A stretch of 58,801 nucleotides of DNA from an uncultured bacterium (lineage in GTDB: Bacteria; Patescibacteriota; Minisyncoccia; Phycocordibacterales; CAIZLB01): positions 1 to 58,801 of the forward strand of contig CAIZVZ010000007.1 of NCBI GenBank assembly GCA_903936565.1, given 5' to 3'. This document shows, in pieces, positions 38,039 through 48,348 of this stretch. Made by a program: the position numbers and the translations under genes. The stretch's first letter is position 1; every line of letters begins with the position of its first letter. The notes beneath the pieces are model-generated. The model worked only from the letters and a program-made list of their open reading frames with translations, did not search any database and was not told the DNA's origin.

Positions 38039-38233
38039 ATGACAGATATAATAAACAATGACGGTGTGGTTGCAGAAGTAACAGCAGCTCCTGAGGCAGA
38101 AGAGGCAACAGAAGTTGTTGCTACAGAGGGAGGTGAGAATGAGGGAACTACAGTTGCTGAGGACGCAGAGGGAACAGAAGCTCAAGCAACAGAAGAAGAT
38201 GCTCCAGTTGCAGAAGATGAGGTTACAGCGTAA
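38039..38233 (+). CDS. Small highly acidic Glu/Ala/Thr-rich protein
   Basis: 64-aa ORF with no Lys/Arg, AT-rich leader, own terminator. Confidence 0.7.
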   Translation: MTDIINNDGVVAEVTAAPEAEEATEVVATEGGENEGTTVAEDAEGTEAQATEEDAPVAEDEVTA

Positions 38234-38264
38234 GTAAAATTAGAGAGCAATCTCTATACTAGGC

Positions 38265-38287
38265 ACCCCGAGATTCGGGGTTTTTTA
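38265..38287 (+). terminator. Intrinsic terminator
   Basis: accccga-gat-tcggggt followed by T tract. Confidence 0.75.
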
Positions 38288-38321
38288 GTGCCTCAAATTA
38301 TGTTTTTTATGTATGTAAATG

Positions 38322-38361
38322 AAAACCCACCGGGACAGCCTGAAGGCCTATCTCGGTGGGT
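38322..38361 (-). terminator. GC-rich terminator of the high-GC ORFan
   Basis: Minus strand ACCCACCGAGATAGGCC-TTCA-GGCTGTCCCGGTGGGT-TTT. Confidence 0.65.
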
Positions 38362-38410
38362 GTACGCCCAGTGGACGATTTGGTTTAGGTTATTTGGTTA
38401 GTTTTCGACG

Positions 38411-39190
38411 TTACTTCTTTCCTGCAAGGACTTCAGTAACGTCCTGTTCGACCAGCGCCAAGAGCTGGTTGTATATTTTCATGACAGCAGGTCCGTCGTG
38501 AAGACGGCGGAGCACGAACTCCGTCAGATACATGTCCTTCGGAGCCTTGGGGGCGGGTGTGTTCCGTTGGAAGGAGTCTTGCCTCAGGAATGCTTGCGCA
38601 ATCTCCTCAGCAGACAGACCTTGTTCCAAAAGTTCGGCCCGCAGTTCATGACGGCCGCAGCTCCACACTTTTGTCTCCTTGAACTTCACCACAGCCTGCC
38701 GGTAGGCTAGGTTGTACTCCACCAGGTTGAATTCATGGCGAGCGTGCTTAACGACTTCCAGCAGGGAGTTGTTGAACTCCAGGCTTTCCGCCGCCAGTTG
38801 CTTCTTGAGTTCTGGGCGGCAGATGCCGTAAACTTCCAACATCGTGTCGCCTTTGTGAAGTTGCTGCTTCATGCTGGCGGCCACAATGGTCCGGAGGTCG
38901 AAGAACGTATCATCGCTCTCCAGGTTGGTTGTGTTTTGGTTATCTCCCACCTCGAGGTGGTTGTACATGCTGGACCGTGCCTGGAAGTACAGGCGTTGAA
39001 AGTCCGTCTGGTTCTTACCGAAGTTAAAACCGTAGGATTTGGCTGCTTCTTGGACGAGTTGCGCGGTGATGACCTCCTTTGCTTTGTGGGCTAGGAGTCT
39101 CCCCATGACGGCCCCCACGGCTTCTTTGCCGAAGGCGGCGCCGAGTGCGATGGTGGCGATGGTGCTGGCTAATGCGAGTTTGCTTTTCAA
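38411..39190 (-). CDS. Hypothetical protein with atypically high GC
   Basis: 259-aa ORF (TTG start), sampled lines 52-65% GC, own promoter and terminator. Confidence 0.7.
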   Translation of the reverse strand: MKSKLALASTIATIALGAAFGKEAVGAVMGRLLAHKAKEVITAQLVQEAAKSYGFNFGKNQTDFQRLYFQARSSMYNHLEVGDNQNTTNLESDDTFFDLRTIVAASMKQQLHKGDTMLEVYGICRPELKKQLAAESLEFNNSLLEVVKHARHEFNLVEYNLAYRQAVVKFKETKVWSCGRHELRAELLEQGLSAEEIAQAFLRQDSFQRNTPAPKAPKDMYLTEFVLRRLHDGPAVMKIYNQLLALVEQDVTEVLAGKK

Positions 39191-39265
39191 TTGATTTATT
39201 CTAACGTTGTTTAGACGACTCCAAATCTATTCCAAGAGCGGAATAGCGTGAGCAATCTGCCTAGT

Positions 39266-39329
39266 ATAATACCACATATGCATGTTTTGTCAAATGCCTG
39301 AATTTGACAAAACCCCCAACATAGTACAT
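39266..39329. promoter_or_regulatory. Back-to-back divergent promoters
   Basis: Minus TTGACA(39293-39288)-16-TATTAT; plus TTGACA at 39304 toward the helicase; the two -35 boxes form inverted repeat gttttgtcaaat..atttgacaaaac. Confidence 0.65.
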
Positions 39330-39506
39330 ACTATATAGGTAAGTTAATCTCTCATTGGTTTTGGGTGGATATTCCACACAAAGTATACCTTTTCGAAACT
39401 TTAGAGATTTCTAGTCGCCTTACGTTATCTCTAAAGACTAATTCAGTTTTCCATAAATAATACATGGAAATCAACCCTCTTTCTATTAAGAAAGGGCTTA
39501 AATAAT

Positions 39507-41123
39507 ATGTTCAAAAAACAATCTTCTAGTAATAGAAACAATATTACTCGTGGTACAGGGGGCGCTCGTAAAACAGGTGGACCTCGTACAACAAGTGCAC
39601 CCAAATCAGCTTCAAACGCTGCTTTTACTGGTGTCTACGGCGGTTCATTAAATAAGGGTGCGACAAGTGCTCACAGTGCACCAAGATCAAGTTCTGCTCC
39701 ATCAACTCGCGCAAGTGTATATGGTGGCTCATCTTCATCTCGTTCGTCTTATTCAGCTCCAGCTCACTCTGGTCACTCATATAATTCACGTGCAAGTTCA
39801 CGTGATGGTGCATCATTTGGTGGCGGATACAGTAGTGGTCCATCTCGTGGTGGTTACTCAGGATCTTCATCTAGCTCACGCGGCGGTTACGCTGGCGGAG
39901 GGGCAAGTAGATTCGGAGGAAGTCGCTCAGGCGGAAACTCTTCCGGCTCAAGATTTGGTGGCAATGGTGGTCGTGGTGGTTTTGGTGGAGGAAATAGGGG
40001 AAGAGGACGTGCATCTTCAGGTGGACGCCTTGATATTTCAAGATTTATCAACAAAGCAGTTGTGGGAGAAAAAGTAGAAGCCTACGTTCCAGAGCACACA
40101 TTTGCTGATTTTAAAATTGAAGAGTCTCTAAAGAAAAGTGTTATCGCAAAAGGATACATCACACCTTCTCCAATTCAAGACAAAACAATTCCTCATATTC
40201 TAAATGGAGAGGACCTAGTTGGTATTGCAAACACAGGTACAGGGAAGACTGCTGCGTTTCTTTTGCCACTTATAAATAAGGTAATAAAAAATCCTGATGA
40301 ACAAGCAATCATAATGGCACCAACAAGAGAGCTTGCAATTCAAATTGATCAAGAATTACAATCCTTTATTAAGGGAATGAAAATCTATTCAGTTTGTTGT
40401 GTTGGAGGTGCTCCAATCGGAAGACAAATTTCTGAATTAAAATATTTCAATAACTTTATTATTGGAACACCAGGACGTCTTAAGGATCTTATCGATAGAA
40501 AGAAACTGAATCTTTCACATTTCAAAAACCTTGTACTAGATGAAGCTGACAGAATGTTGGACATGGGATTTATTAACGATATGAAATACGTTATGAGTCT
40601 TATGCCAAAGGATAGACAAACTCTATTCTTCTCAGCGACACTTTCACCTGATATTGAAAGAATCATTAATGACTTCCTAAATAATCCTGTTCGTATTTCT
40701 GTAAAGACTAGAGATACTGCAAAGAACGTTGATCAAGATGTTGTCTTCGTAAGAGGGGGACAAAAGATTGATATTCTTCACGATCTTCTAATCAATCCAG
40801 AATTCCAAAAGGTTATAATCTTCGGAAGAACAAAACACGGAGTAGAGAAGCTTACAACAATGCTTTCAGAGCGTGGTTTTAAAGCGGCTTCTATTCATGG
40901 TGATAAAGTTCACACTCAACGTCAACGTGCTCTTAAGGCATTTAAGGACGGTGAAGTTCAAATGCTTGTTGCAACAGACGTTGCTGCACGTGGGTTAGAT
41001 ATTCCAAACGTATCTCACGTTATCAACTATGAACTTCCAGAAACTCACGATGACTATGTTCACCGAATTGGAAGAACAGGTAGAAGTGACAAGACAGGAA
41101 AGGCGTTGACATTCGTTGACTAA
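39507..41123 (+). CDS. DEAD-box RNA helicase with long Gly/Ser/Arg-rich N-terminal extension
   Basis: Q motif, TGTGKT, PTRELA, TPGR, DEAD, SAT, TDVAARGLD, HRIGRTGR. Confidence 0.96.
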   Translation: MFKKQSSSNRNNITRGTGGARKTGGPRTTSAPKSASNAAFTGVYGGSLNKGATSAHSAPRSSSAPSTRASVYGGSSSSRSSYSAPAHSGHSYNSRASSRDGASFGGGYSSGPSRGGYSGSSSSSRGGYAGGGASRFGGSRSGGNSSGSRFGGNGGRGGFGGGNRGRGRASSGGRLDISRFINKAVVGEKVEAYVPEHTFADFKIEESLKKSVIAKGYITPSPIQDKTIPHILNGEDLVGIANTGTGKTAAFLLPLINKVIKNPDEQAIIMAPTRELAIQIDQELQSFIKGMKIYSVCCVGGAPIGRQISELKYFNNFIIGTPGRLKDLIDRKKLNLSHFKNLVLDEADRMLDMGFINDMKYVMSLMPKDRQTLFFSATLSPDIERIINDFLNNPVRISVKTRDTAKNVDQDVVFVRGGQKIDILHDLLINPEFQKVIIFGRTKHGVEKLTTMLSERGFKAASIHGDKVHTQRQRALKAFKDGEVQMLVATDVAARGLDIPNVSHVINYELPETHDDYVHRIGRTGRSDKTGKALTFVD

Positions 41124-41175
41124 TCTTCAAATGGTCAAGGTGGTTTCCGCCGTCGTGATTTAAATAGTTAAATAC

Positions 41176-41209
41176 AAAAAACACCTCAAGTAAAACTGAG
41201 GTGTTTTTT
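41176..41209 (+). terminator. Intrinsic terminator
   Basis: aaaaaacacctca-agtaaaac-tgaggtgtttttt. Confidence 0.8.
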
Positions 41210-41290
41210 GTTGCTACGGTATCATATTCGCCTGTGGACATATTGTATTTCAATGTGGAGGGATATTATAATATTTGATATAGTAAGCAC

Positions 41291-41647
41291 ATGAATAAAA
41301 AAATATCAAAGGTTGTTGCTGTATTAGCTTTGTTATCGCAGGTCTTAATTCCAGTTTGGTGGGCTGCAGTAGCTGCTTCCTTTTATTATTTTTGGATAGA
41401 AGGAATTATAGAAGGCGGAGGTATAAATATTTATGGTGAATATGAAGGAAATATACTCTGGGGCTTATTGTCCATTTATTCGATAATTGCTGCATTTTCT
41501 GCTATTAAAGAATCTTTTTCTAAATTAAGTGTTCAAAAGCAAAAGGGGGGCCGGGGAAATGCTGTGTTTTTTTTGATAAACATATTAACTATCATCCTGG
41601 TCGCCGTTGTTGTCTTTTTAAACGGAGGTCTTATTCCAAGAATATAA
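41291..41647 (+). CDS. Three-TM membrane protein
   Basis: Hydrophobic segments; no family recognised. Confidence 0.65.
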   Translation: MNKKISKVVAVLALLSQVLIPVWWAAVAASFYYFWIEGIIEGGGINIYGEYEGNILWGLLSIYSIIAAFSAIKESFSKLSVQKQKGGRGNAVFFLINILTIILVAVVVFLNGGLIPRI

Positions 41648-41760
41648 TCTGTTATTTTCAAATATAGTCGGTGGACTTCTGTGGGTTTTGTGATAATCTT
41701 TTTTTGGGTAAGTTCTCTCACGTGAGGTTTGAGGATTATACTCTTAGAATCGAGGTACTA

Positions 41761-42126
41761 ATGTCAGCTATTAAAAGATCGAAAGAGCACAGAGATACGC
41801 CTACTAGGCACATCGTATTCAAAATCAGGCGACCAATCGATACTGAAGCTATCGCGAGATCAATTGGCGGTCCACCTGAACATGTTGTTCCTTTGGCTGT
41901 CAGAAAGATCGGACCGAGCCCTAAGTGTCGTCCGCAGGGTAAACGGGTGTTGGAATGTGATTTCAGAAGTCTTACTCCCGAAAAAGATGGAAGTAATCGC
42001 GTGGTCGCAGACGGCTTCGTCCGTCTTTCCAAAGCTGGTCAGCCGGTTCATTTTAGACTGGTGTTTTGCACCAAGCCTGTGGCTGGACAATGTAGCTACG
42101 GGTCGCTCACGGTGATCACTTCTTAG
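41761..42126 (+). CDS. Hypothetical basic protein, GC-enriched ORFan
   Basis: ATG 41761 with GAGGT upstream; promoter TGGACT-16-TAATCT at 41672-41699; terminator at ~42180-42208. Confidence 0.55.
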   Translation: MSAIKRSKEHRDTPTRHIVFKIRRPIDTEAIARSIGGPPEHVVPLAVRKIGPSPKCRPQGKRVLECDFRSLTPEKDGSNRVVADGFVRLSKAGQPVHFRLVFCTKPVAGQCSYGSLTVITS

Positions 42127-42292
42127 GGTGAGTCGGTTTCTGGGATTCAATTAAACCAACTTGTTACTCGCCGCAGACGAAGCCACCGATCCCAGCGGTG
42201 GTTTTTAATATGATTTAACTTAAATAATGTTGTATAATGATAACAAGTAAGTTTTTGTCGGTTTTATTATTATAAAATATTATTTTAAACTC

Positions 42293-44248
42293 ATGATTTA
42301 TATATTACTAATTATTATTTTGGCGATTGTTTTCTTTGCGAAGATGTCGGATACTAATGGTCGCATAGACCAATTGCGAACTGAGCTTAATAAGTTAAAG
42401 CAGCAAATTGGTGCGGGGCAAGGTGGTACTGTTCAAGGTGCTGGGCAGAGTGCTAGTGTGGCAGCAAGTGCAACATCAAACTCCCAGACTCATCACCAAC
42501 CCCACGCTTTGTCTCATGCTCAGCCTGGTGTTTCCAAATCAGAACTTTCCTCTGCAGAAGCTTTGTATATGAAAAAAATGCATGAGTCAAAAGAGCGATC
42601 AAATGAACCTCGATCGGAAGATGTTTTTTTGGCATGGATCAAAGAAAATTGGCTTCTCAAAATTGGAGTCTTGATGATTCTTGTTGGATTCGGCTGGTTT
42701 GTCAGCTATGCATTTACACACAATTGGATTGGTCCAGTTGGTAGAATTGCAATTGGAGTTGTTGCGGGGGCACTGATTGCATTTTTTGGAACAATGAGAC
42801 TCGGCAAAAACTTAACACAAGGAATTCTCTTTACCGTACTTGGTTCAGCACTTGTCATAATATCTATTCTATCCGGACAGTACTTCTATGAGTTCTTTAC
42901 TCCACTAATGGCGCTCGGATTAATATTTCTCGTAGCTTTCTATGTAACTTTAACAGCGCTCGCGTATTCGACAGAAAAGTTAGCAATATATGGACTCGTA
43001 ATCTCATTATTTGCTCCGCTTCTTTCTCATGTTGCGTTCGATCTTCAGCCAGTTTCAATGTATTTGTACTTACTTATTATATCCATCGCGACAATCTGGG
43101 TCTCTGTCGCAAAGGGTTGGAGAGCTGGTCTTCCAATTGGAATCACAGGTATATTATTGTATAGCATACCAATAATCACAAGTTCTCGTTATTCAGTTGA
43201 TAGTTTTTTCCTAGCAGAACCATCTAAATACACCACCTTAGCGCTAGCTTATATAATTTCATTCTTATATTTATTCATCAGCGCATGGAGTTTGATACAA
43301 AAAGATTCAATAGAAAAAACAGCAACTGGAAAAACAGCTGGCGCAACAGCAGGCGACGTGTACCTAACGATTGTAAGTACAATAATGATTCTTGGCTTTA
43401 CAATGAGTCTTGTGCCAACAGTTTACCAATCGTTAGTCCTTGCGTTATGGATGATTGCCTTTGCAATATCAGGATTTGTCGTATTCCAGACCACGAAGAA
43501 TGAAAAGCTGTTTTACATTCACTCACTTGTTGCAATACTATTCTTGGCAATAGCAACGTCGGTTGAATTAAGTGGAAAGACCTTGACCGTAGCTTTTGCG
43601 ATTGAAGTTGCAATAATTGCAATTGCGTCATTCTTGGTTACAAATAGAATAAATATTGCCAAAGCATTTGGGGTGTTAATGGTTGTTCCCTTGCTCATGT
43701 CCTTGGAAAGTGTGGTCTCCGAAAATTGGTCTTATGACAGCGGTGCGGGAATTTTCCATGCTGACTTCGCAATATTACTTTTGATGGCTGTACTGCTCGG
43801 AGTACTTGGAGCATTCTATCGTGCTAATAAGCAATTAAACAGTGACGGTACAGAGAATAGAGGATTTGGTTTTCATCATTTAGCTATAATTATCTCTACT
43901 GCGTATGTATTTGGTATAATTTGGTTATCGTCTCACTCGGTTATGGCAAGTCAGGATACAGCCGTTCTGTTCAGTCTATTTATATATACGATCGTTGGAC
44001 TTGTATCATACTTCGTCGGACTATTCAATGAATATCATGTGTTAAAAAGATACGGTGCGGTTGTCCTGTCATTGGTTGTACTCCGATTAATTCTTGTTGA
44101 TGTTTGGCAAATGGAATTGGCACTCCGTGTTGTAACATTCATCGTCCTTGGTGTTATGTTTATTAGTACAGCTTTTATTTCCAAAAAACAAAAGGCAGAA
44201 CATCCTGAAATTGTCGCAGAGGAGATTAATAATACATTACATAATTAA
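42293..44248 (+). CDS. DUF2339 family multi-pass membrane protein
   Basis: NWLLKIG....LVG...FV.YA....WIGP..R, many TMs, L.LVD.W..L..RV..FI.LG. Confidence 0.85.
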   Translation: MIYILLIIILAIVFFAKMSDTNGRIDQLRTELNKLKQQIGAGQGGTVQGAGQSASVAASATSNSQTHHQPHALSHAQPGVSKSELSSAEALYMKKMHESKERSNEPRSEDVFLAWIKENWLLKIGVLMILVGFGWFVSYAFTHNWIGPVGRIAIGVVAGALIAFFGTMRLGKNLTQGILFTVLGSALVIISILSGQYFYEFFTPLMALGLIFLVAFYVTLTALAYSTEKLAIYGLVISLFAPLLSHVAFDLQPVSMYLYLLIISIATIWVSVAKGWRAGLPIGITGILLYSIPIITSSRYSVDSFFLAEPSKYTTLALAYIISFLYLFISAWSLIQKDSIEKTATGKTAGATAGDVYLTIVSTIMILGFTMSLVPTVYQSLVLALWMIAFAISGFVVFQTTKNEKLFYIHSLVAILFLAIATSVELSGKTLTVAFAIEVAIIAIASFLVTNRINIAKAFGVLMVVPLLMSLESVVSENWSYDSGAGIFHADFAILLLMAVLLGVLGAFYRANKQLNSDGTENRGFGFHHLAIIISTAYVFGIIWLSSHSVMASQDTAVLFSLFIYTIVGLVSYFVGLFNEYHVLKRYGAVVLSLVVLRLILVDVWQMELALRVVTFIVLGVMFISTAFISKKQKAEHPEIVAEEINNTLHN

Positions 44249-44249
44249 T

Positions 44250-45470
44250 ATGAAAAATAAATCACTCTTAAGTGGATCGGTATTGGCCATCTTCGTTCTT
44301 GTCCTAATTCTATCCTTCCAGTCCGCATATGCTGTTGTTAAAGATTGGCAACCGGTAACGGCGGTTGCAACAAGTACAAACGAAGAGATGCTTCGTGTGT
44401 ATAAAAATTATGTAAAATTACCAACACAAAACATTGTGGTACCAACGGTGTTAGAAGTTCCTATTGATACAAATCAAATATACAGTGACTACTTCGGCGT
44501 ATATAACGAAACTCAGAAAAAGTTTATTCCACATCTATTTATTGATAATACTCAAATTGATGGAAATAGTGTGAAGGCGATAGATAGTAATACAAATGAA
44601 GACTTAGCTGGGTTATTTGACGGCAGACATGAGACAATGAAGGATTTTTATCTGAATAAGGGTGAGGATAAAAGTTTGGCAAAGATATCCATTTATTATT
44701 CAAAACAAATTAAATCAAATTCATTAAGTATATCTTTTGATTCCTATGTTTCTATGCCAACAGCTGTTACTCTAAAGGCATATGTTGGCGGGGCAGAGGT
44801 GGTGGTTTTGAATAAATTAAAACCAACTTCTTCAACAATTAATTTCCCTGAGACACTCTCTGATAAATGGATATTGGAGCTTGAATATTCTCAACCGCTT
44901 AGAATTTCTGAAATTCATTTTAGAGATGCTTTGAATTCATACTCAAAGAAGTCTATAAGATTTTTAGCGCTACCACAAAATAGTTATAAGATTTATGCCA
45001 ATCCAGAAACTGTAAATAGTTCATATGTCAATTATCAAGAAGCCCCAAATCTTTCTTCTTCAATTGGTGTGAAGCGTGTCACATCAGCGCTTTCCGTTTC
45101 ATCTAACCCAGCATTTGTTTTGAGTGATACTGATGGGGATGGTATTCCAAACGTAGCTGATAACTGTATTAGTACGCCAAACTTTGACCAAGCAGATATG
45201 GATCAAAATGGTAGGGGAGATGTTTGCGATGACTTTGATAGGGATGGGATAATAAATTCGATGGATAACTGTGTAGATACTCCAAACTATGATCAGAGAG
45301 AAACAGATGGTGATAAGATTGGTGATGCGTGTGATACTGGAGAAAGTAGATTCACTGAAAAATATCCTTGGATTGTTTGGGTGGGAATCGGATTTGCAAC
45401 TGTCGTCTTCTTGTCCCTCTTGTTTATTGCTGGGAATAAGATTAGGAAGGAGAGAGCGATGCTGGGGTAG
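44250..45470 (+). CDS. Surface protein with thrombospondin type-3 (Ca-binding) repeats and C-terminal TM
   Basis: [12 protein letters not shown]...N.DQ.D.D..G.GD.CD repeats. Confidence 0.88.
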   Translation: MKNKSLLSGSVLAIFVLVLILSFQSAYAVVKDWQPVTAVATSTNEEMLRVYKNYVKLPTQNIVVPTVLEVPIDTNQIYSDYFGVYNETQKKFIPHLFIDNTQIDGNSVKAIDSNTNEDLAGLFDGRHETMKDFYLNKGEDKSLAKISIYYSKQIKSNSLSISFDSYVSMPTAVTLKAYVGGAEVVVLNKLKPTSSTINFPETLSDKWILELEYSQPLRISEIHFRDALNSYSKKSIRFLALPQNSYKIYANPETVNSSYVNYQEAPNLSSSIGVKRVTSALSVSSNPAFVLSDTDGDGIPNVADNCISTPNFDQADMDQNGRGDVCDDFDRDGIINSMDNCVDTPNYDQRETDGDKIGDACDTGESRFTEKYPWIVWVGIGFATVVFLSLLFIAGNKIRKERAMLG

Positions 45471-45523
45471 CTGGAAGTACAACAAAAAAGATAATTAAAA
45501 CATCTTATTATATAATACTAATT

Positions 45524-45994
45524 ATGAAAAAAACTATAAAGATTTGCCTTGTAATTTTGACTGTCGTTATTATTGTCATTTTAGGAGGATTAAGCTATTT
45601 ACTTACGGGTCGAATTATCCCTTCATATTCCTGTGGCGAATCTTTCGATAGGGAGTTTACTAGAGCTGTATTGAGTAACGACGTCAATTCATGGTCTAAT
45701 ATGAAAGATAATATAAATTACCCAGCCAAGGATCCTGTTAGTGGTGGGTTTTATTGTAAGCCACCAAAAGTGGGTATGATGTCTGATAGATATTCAATCA
45801 GAAAAAATGATTTCAAAAGTAGTTATTTAGAGGCTTTTGCAGAAGCTACAAATAATATTGAAGCTTGTAAGCTAATTGATGGAGGTGGTTCAAAGATTGT
45901 TTGTGTATTAGGTGTTAGACGCGCAACTGGAAATAAGGATTACTGCGCTTTAATTACAGATGATGATTTAATAAGAAAAAAATGTCTGCAATAA
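45524..45994 (+). CDS. Membrane-anchored Cys-containing hypothetical protein
   Basis: N-terminal TM; C-x-x-I...C repeats at the C-terminus. Confidence 0.65.
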   Translation: MKKTIKICLVILTVVIIVILGGLSYLLTGRIIPSYSCGESFDREFTRAVLSNDVNSWSNMKDNINYPAKDPVSGGFYCKPPKVGMMSDRYSIRKNDFKSSYLEAFAEATNNIEACKLIDGGGSKIVCVLGVRRATGNKDYCALITDDDLIRKKCLQ

Positions 45995-46051
45995 TTTGGT
46001 AGTTCTAAACTGACTAGGGCGCTAATTCTGTGAGCGTGATATAATCTTAGT

Positions 46052-46591
46052 ATGGGCAATGAACAAATAACTAACGTAAAATATCCGAACGTAAAATGTC
46101 ATTTCTCATCGCGAGATTTTGGCTTTATATGTGATTCTGCAGAAGATGAGTATACATGTCGCCCTTCGGTGTATGTTGTTGTTTTTGACAATGATCAAAA
46201 CATAGCTACTCTTGAATTTAGAAAGGGAGTTAAAAATATCTTCTGTTTGCCTGGAGGCGGAGTTGAAGATGGGGAAGACTTTATACAAGCTATAGTCAGA
46301 GAAGCGAAGGAGGAAATAGGGTGTAACTTAAAAAATATTGAACAGCTGGGGAGTTTTGAATCATTTTGTAATAAAAGTAAGCGTCGTTTTGAAAACATTA
46401 TATTTAGGGCAGACCTGGATGGAGAAAAGGGGGAGCCTATGCCAGCAGAAGATTATGAACAAGGTCTTGTTGTTGTTTGGAAAACAATGAGTGATCTTAA
46501 ACAGCAATTGGAAGAAATTAGTATGGCAGATAAAGATAAAATAGAGTTTAGGTCTCTGTTTGTCTTAAAGATGTTGTCTCTTATGCTATAA
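46052..46591 (+). CDS. NUDIX hydrolase
   Basis: LPGGGVEDGEDFIQAIVREAKEEIG. Confidence 0.9.
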   Translation: MGNEQITNVKYPNVKCHFSSRDFGFICDSAEDEYTCRPSVYVVVFDNDQNIATLEFRKGVKNIFCLPGGGVEDGEDFIQAIVREAKEEIGCNLKNIEQLGSFESFCNKSKRRFENIIFRADLDGEKGEPMPAEDYEQGLVVVWKTMSDLKQQLEEISMADKDKIEFRSLFVLKMLSLML

Positions 46592-46601
46592 TTGACACCC
46601 T

Positions 46602-47762
46602 ATGGATTACAACAAAAAATCGTTAGCATTACACAAAAAAAATAAAGGAAAGATAGAAATAAAATCAAAGGTTCCCCTTAAGACAAAAGAGGACCTTTCT
46701 TTGGCTTATACCCCAGGAGTTGCTGAGGTTTGTAGATTGATTGCAAAAGATCAAAAGCAAATGAATTCATATACTATGCGTGGCAATATGGTGGCCGTTG
46801 TTACTGATGGTTCAGCAGTATTGGGTCTTGGAAATATTGGTCCATACGCTGCGATGCCTGTGATGGAAGGTAAGGCTGTGCTATTTAAGGAATTTGCAAA
46901 TGTTGATGCATTTCCAATTTGTCTAAATACACAAGACCCAGATAAATTTATTGATGCAGTAAAATTGCTGGAACCAACCTTTGGGGGGATAAATCTAGAA
47001 GATATTTCTGCACCTAATTGTTTTTATATTGAGGAACGTTTGAAGAAGGAAATGAATATTCCAGTTTTTCATGATGATCAACATGGAACAGCGATTGTTG
47101 TTTTAGCAGCCCTTCTGAATGCATTGAAAATTGTAAAGAAAAATATTGGAGAAATTAAAGTCGTGGTAAATGGAGCTGGTGCTGCCGCGACCGCGGTTTC
47201 AAAGCTGCTAATTAAAGCTGGAGTACCTGCTGGTAAGATGATTCTTGTTGATAGTAAGGGGGCGATTTATGATGGGCGAGAGGGGCTCAATTCTTCCAAG
47301 CAAGAAATGGCGAAGATCACAAATAAGAAGAAAGTGATGGGACTGCTTGATTCAGCGCTTAGGGATGCTGATGTCTTTATCGGTGTATCTGTTGCCAATG
47401 CATTAAAGAAAGAGTGGGTAGCTGAGATGGCTGAGAATCCAATTGTTTTTGCAATGGCAAACCCTAATCCTGAGATTTCATATGAGGATGCAATGCATGC
47501 GAAGATTGCGGTTTTTGGAACAGGAAGATCTGATTATCCAAATCAAATAAATAACGTATTAGTTTTTCCGGGAATTTTCCGTGGTGCGCTTGATTGTGGT
47601 GCAACAAAAATTACAGAAGAAATGAAGGTGGTTTCTGCGCACGCCATCGCGTCCCTTGTTAAGAAAAATGAATTAAAAAAGGATTATATAATCCCAAGCC
47701 CATTAGACAGAAGGGTTGCAAAGGTGGTGGCAAAAGCGGTTACGAATTCTTGTAAAAGGTAG
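46602..47762 (+). CDS. NAD(P)-dependent malic enzyme
   Basis: LAYTPGVA, VTDGSAVLGLG, PVMEGK, INLEDI, FHDDQHGT, GAGAA, TGRSD.PNQ.NN. Confidence 0.95.
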   Translation: MDYNKKSLALHKKNKGKIEIKSKVPLKTKEDLSLAYTPGVAEVCRLIAKDQKQMNSYTMRGNMVAVVTDGSAVLGLGNIGPYAAMPVMEGKAVLFKEFANVDAFPICLNTQDPDKFIDAVKLLEPTFGGINLEDISAPNCFYIEERLKKEMNIPVFHDDQHGTAIVVLAALLNALKIVKKNIGEIKVVVNGAGAAATAVSKLLIKAGVPAGKMILVDSKGAIYDGREGLNSSKQEMAKITNKKKVMGLLDSALRDADVFIGVSVANALKKEWVAEMAENPIVFAMANPNPEISYEDAMHAKIAVFGTGRSDYPNQINNVLVFPGIFRGALDCGATKITEEMKVVSAHAIASLVKKNELKKDYIIPSPLDRRVAKVVAKAVTNSCKR

Positions 47763-48024
47763 TGTTCTTGGTCCATATCGAAAATGACTAATAAAATTGG
47801 TACAGGTGGCTCAGTAGGGGCTTAATATGTGTGTCTATTTAAAAACTTGTCTTTTTGTCATTTACGATGGCTAAATTGGTGAATATTAACCTTTTTAGAC
47901 GGTGGGTGTATAATATCAGGGTGGGGCATGTCGGAGGTATCTTCATGACTCCCTGTACAAAACAAATATAATGTAGATATGTAACGACGCTCGATATTAA
48001 TCTTAAAAAATTAAATTAAAATAT

Positions 48025-48306
48025 ATGACTGACACAGCAAGGACGACACTATGGGTAATTATCATTCTGGTATTGGTTGGAGTTATTTGGTGGTTTGTTG
48101 GTATGAATCCAGATCAACAAAATCCTAATACTCAACCAGCATCAGTACAACAAGTTGATATTCCAGTGGCTACAACTACAGAACCTGTGGTTGAAGACGC
48201 TAGTACATCGATTTCTATTCAAGACAAGACAGATGCAGCACTTGAATCTGATTTAAACAAAGTTGATGAACAATTAAAAACACTAAAATCTGATTCTACA
48301 AATTAG
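48025..48306 (+). CDS. Small single-TM protein
   Basis: N-terminal TM, low-complexity linker, short helical tail. Confidence 0.7.
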   Translation: MTDTARTTLWVIIILVLVGVIWWFVGMNPDQQNPNTQPASVQQVDIPVATTTEPVVEDASTSISIQDKTDAALESDLNKVDEQLKTLKSDSTN

Positions 48307-48348
48307 TTTTAATTTGATAGAAATAAAATTTATTAATTAAATAAATAT

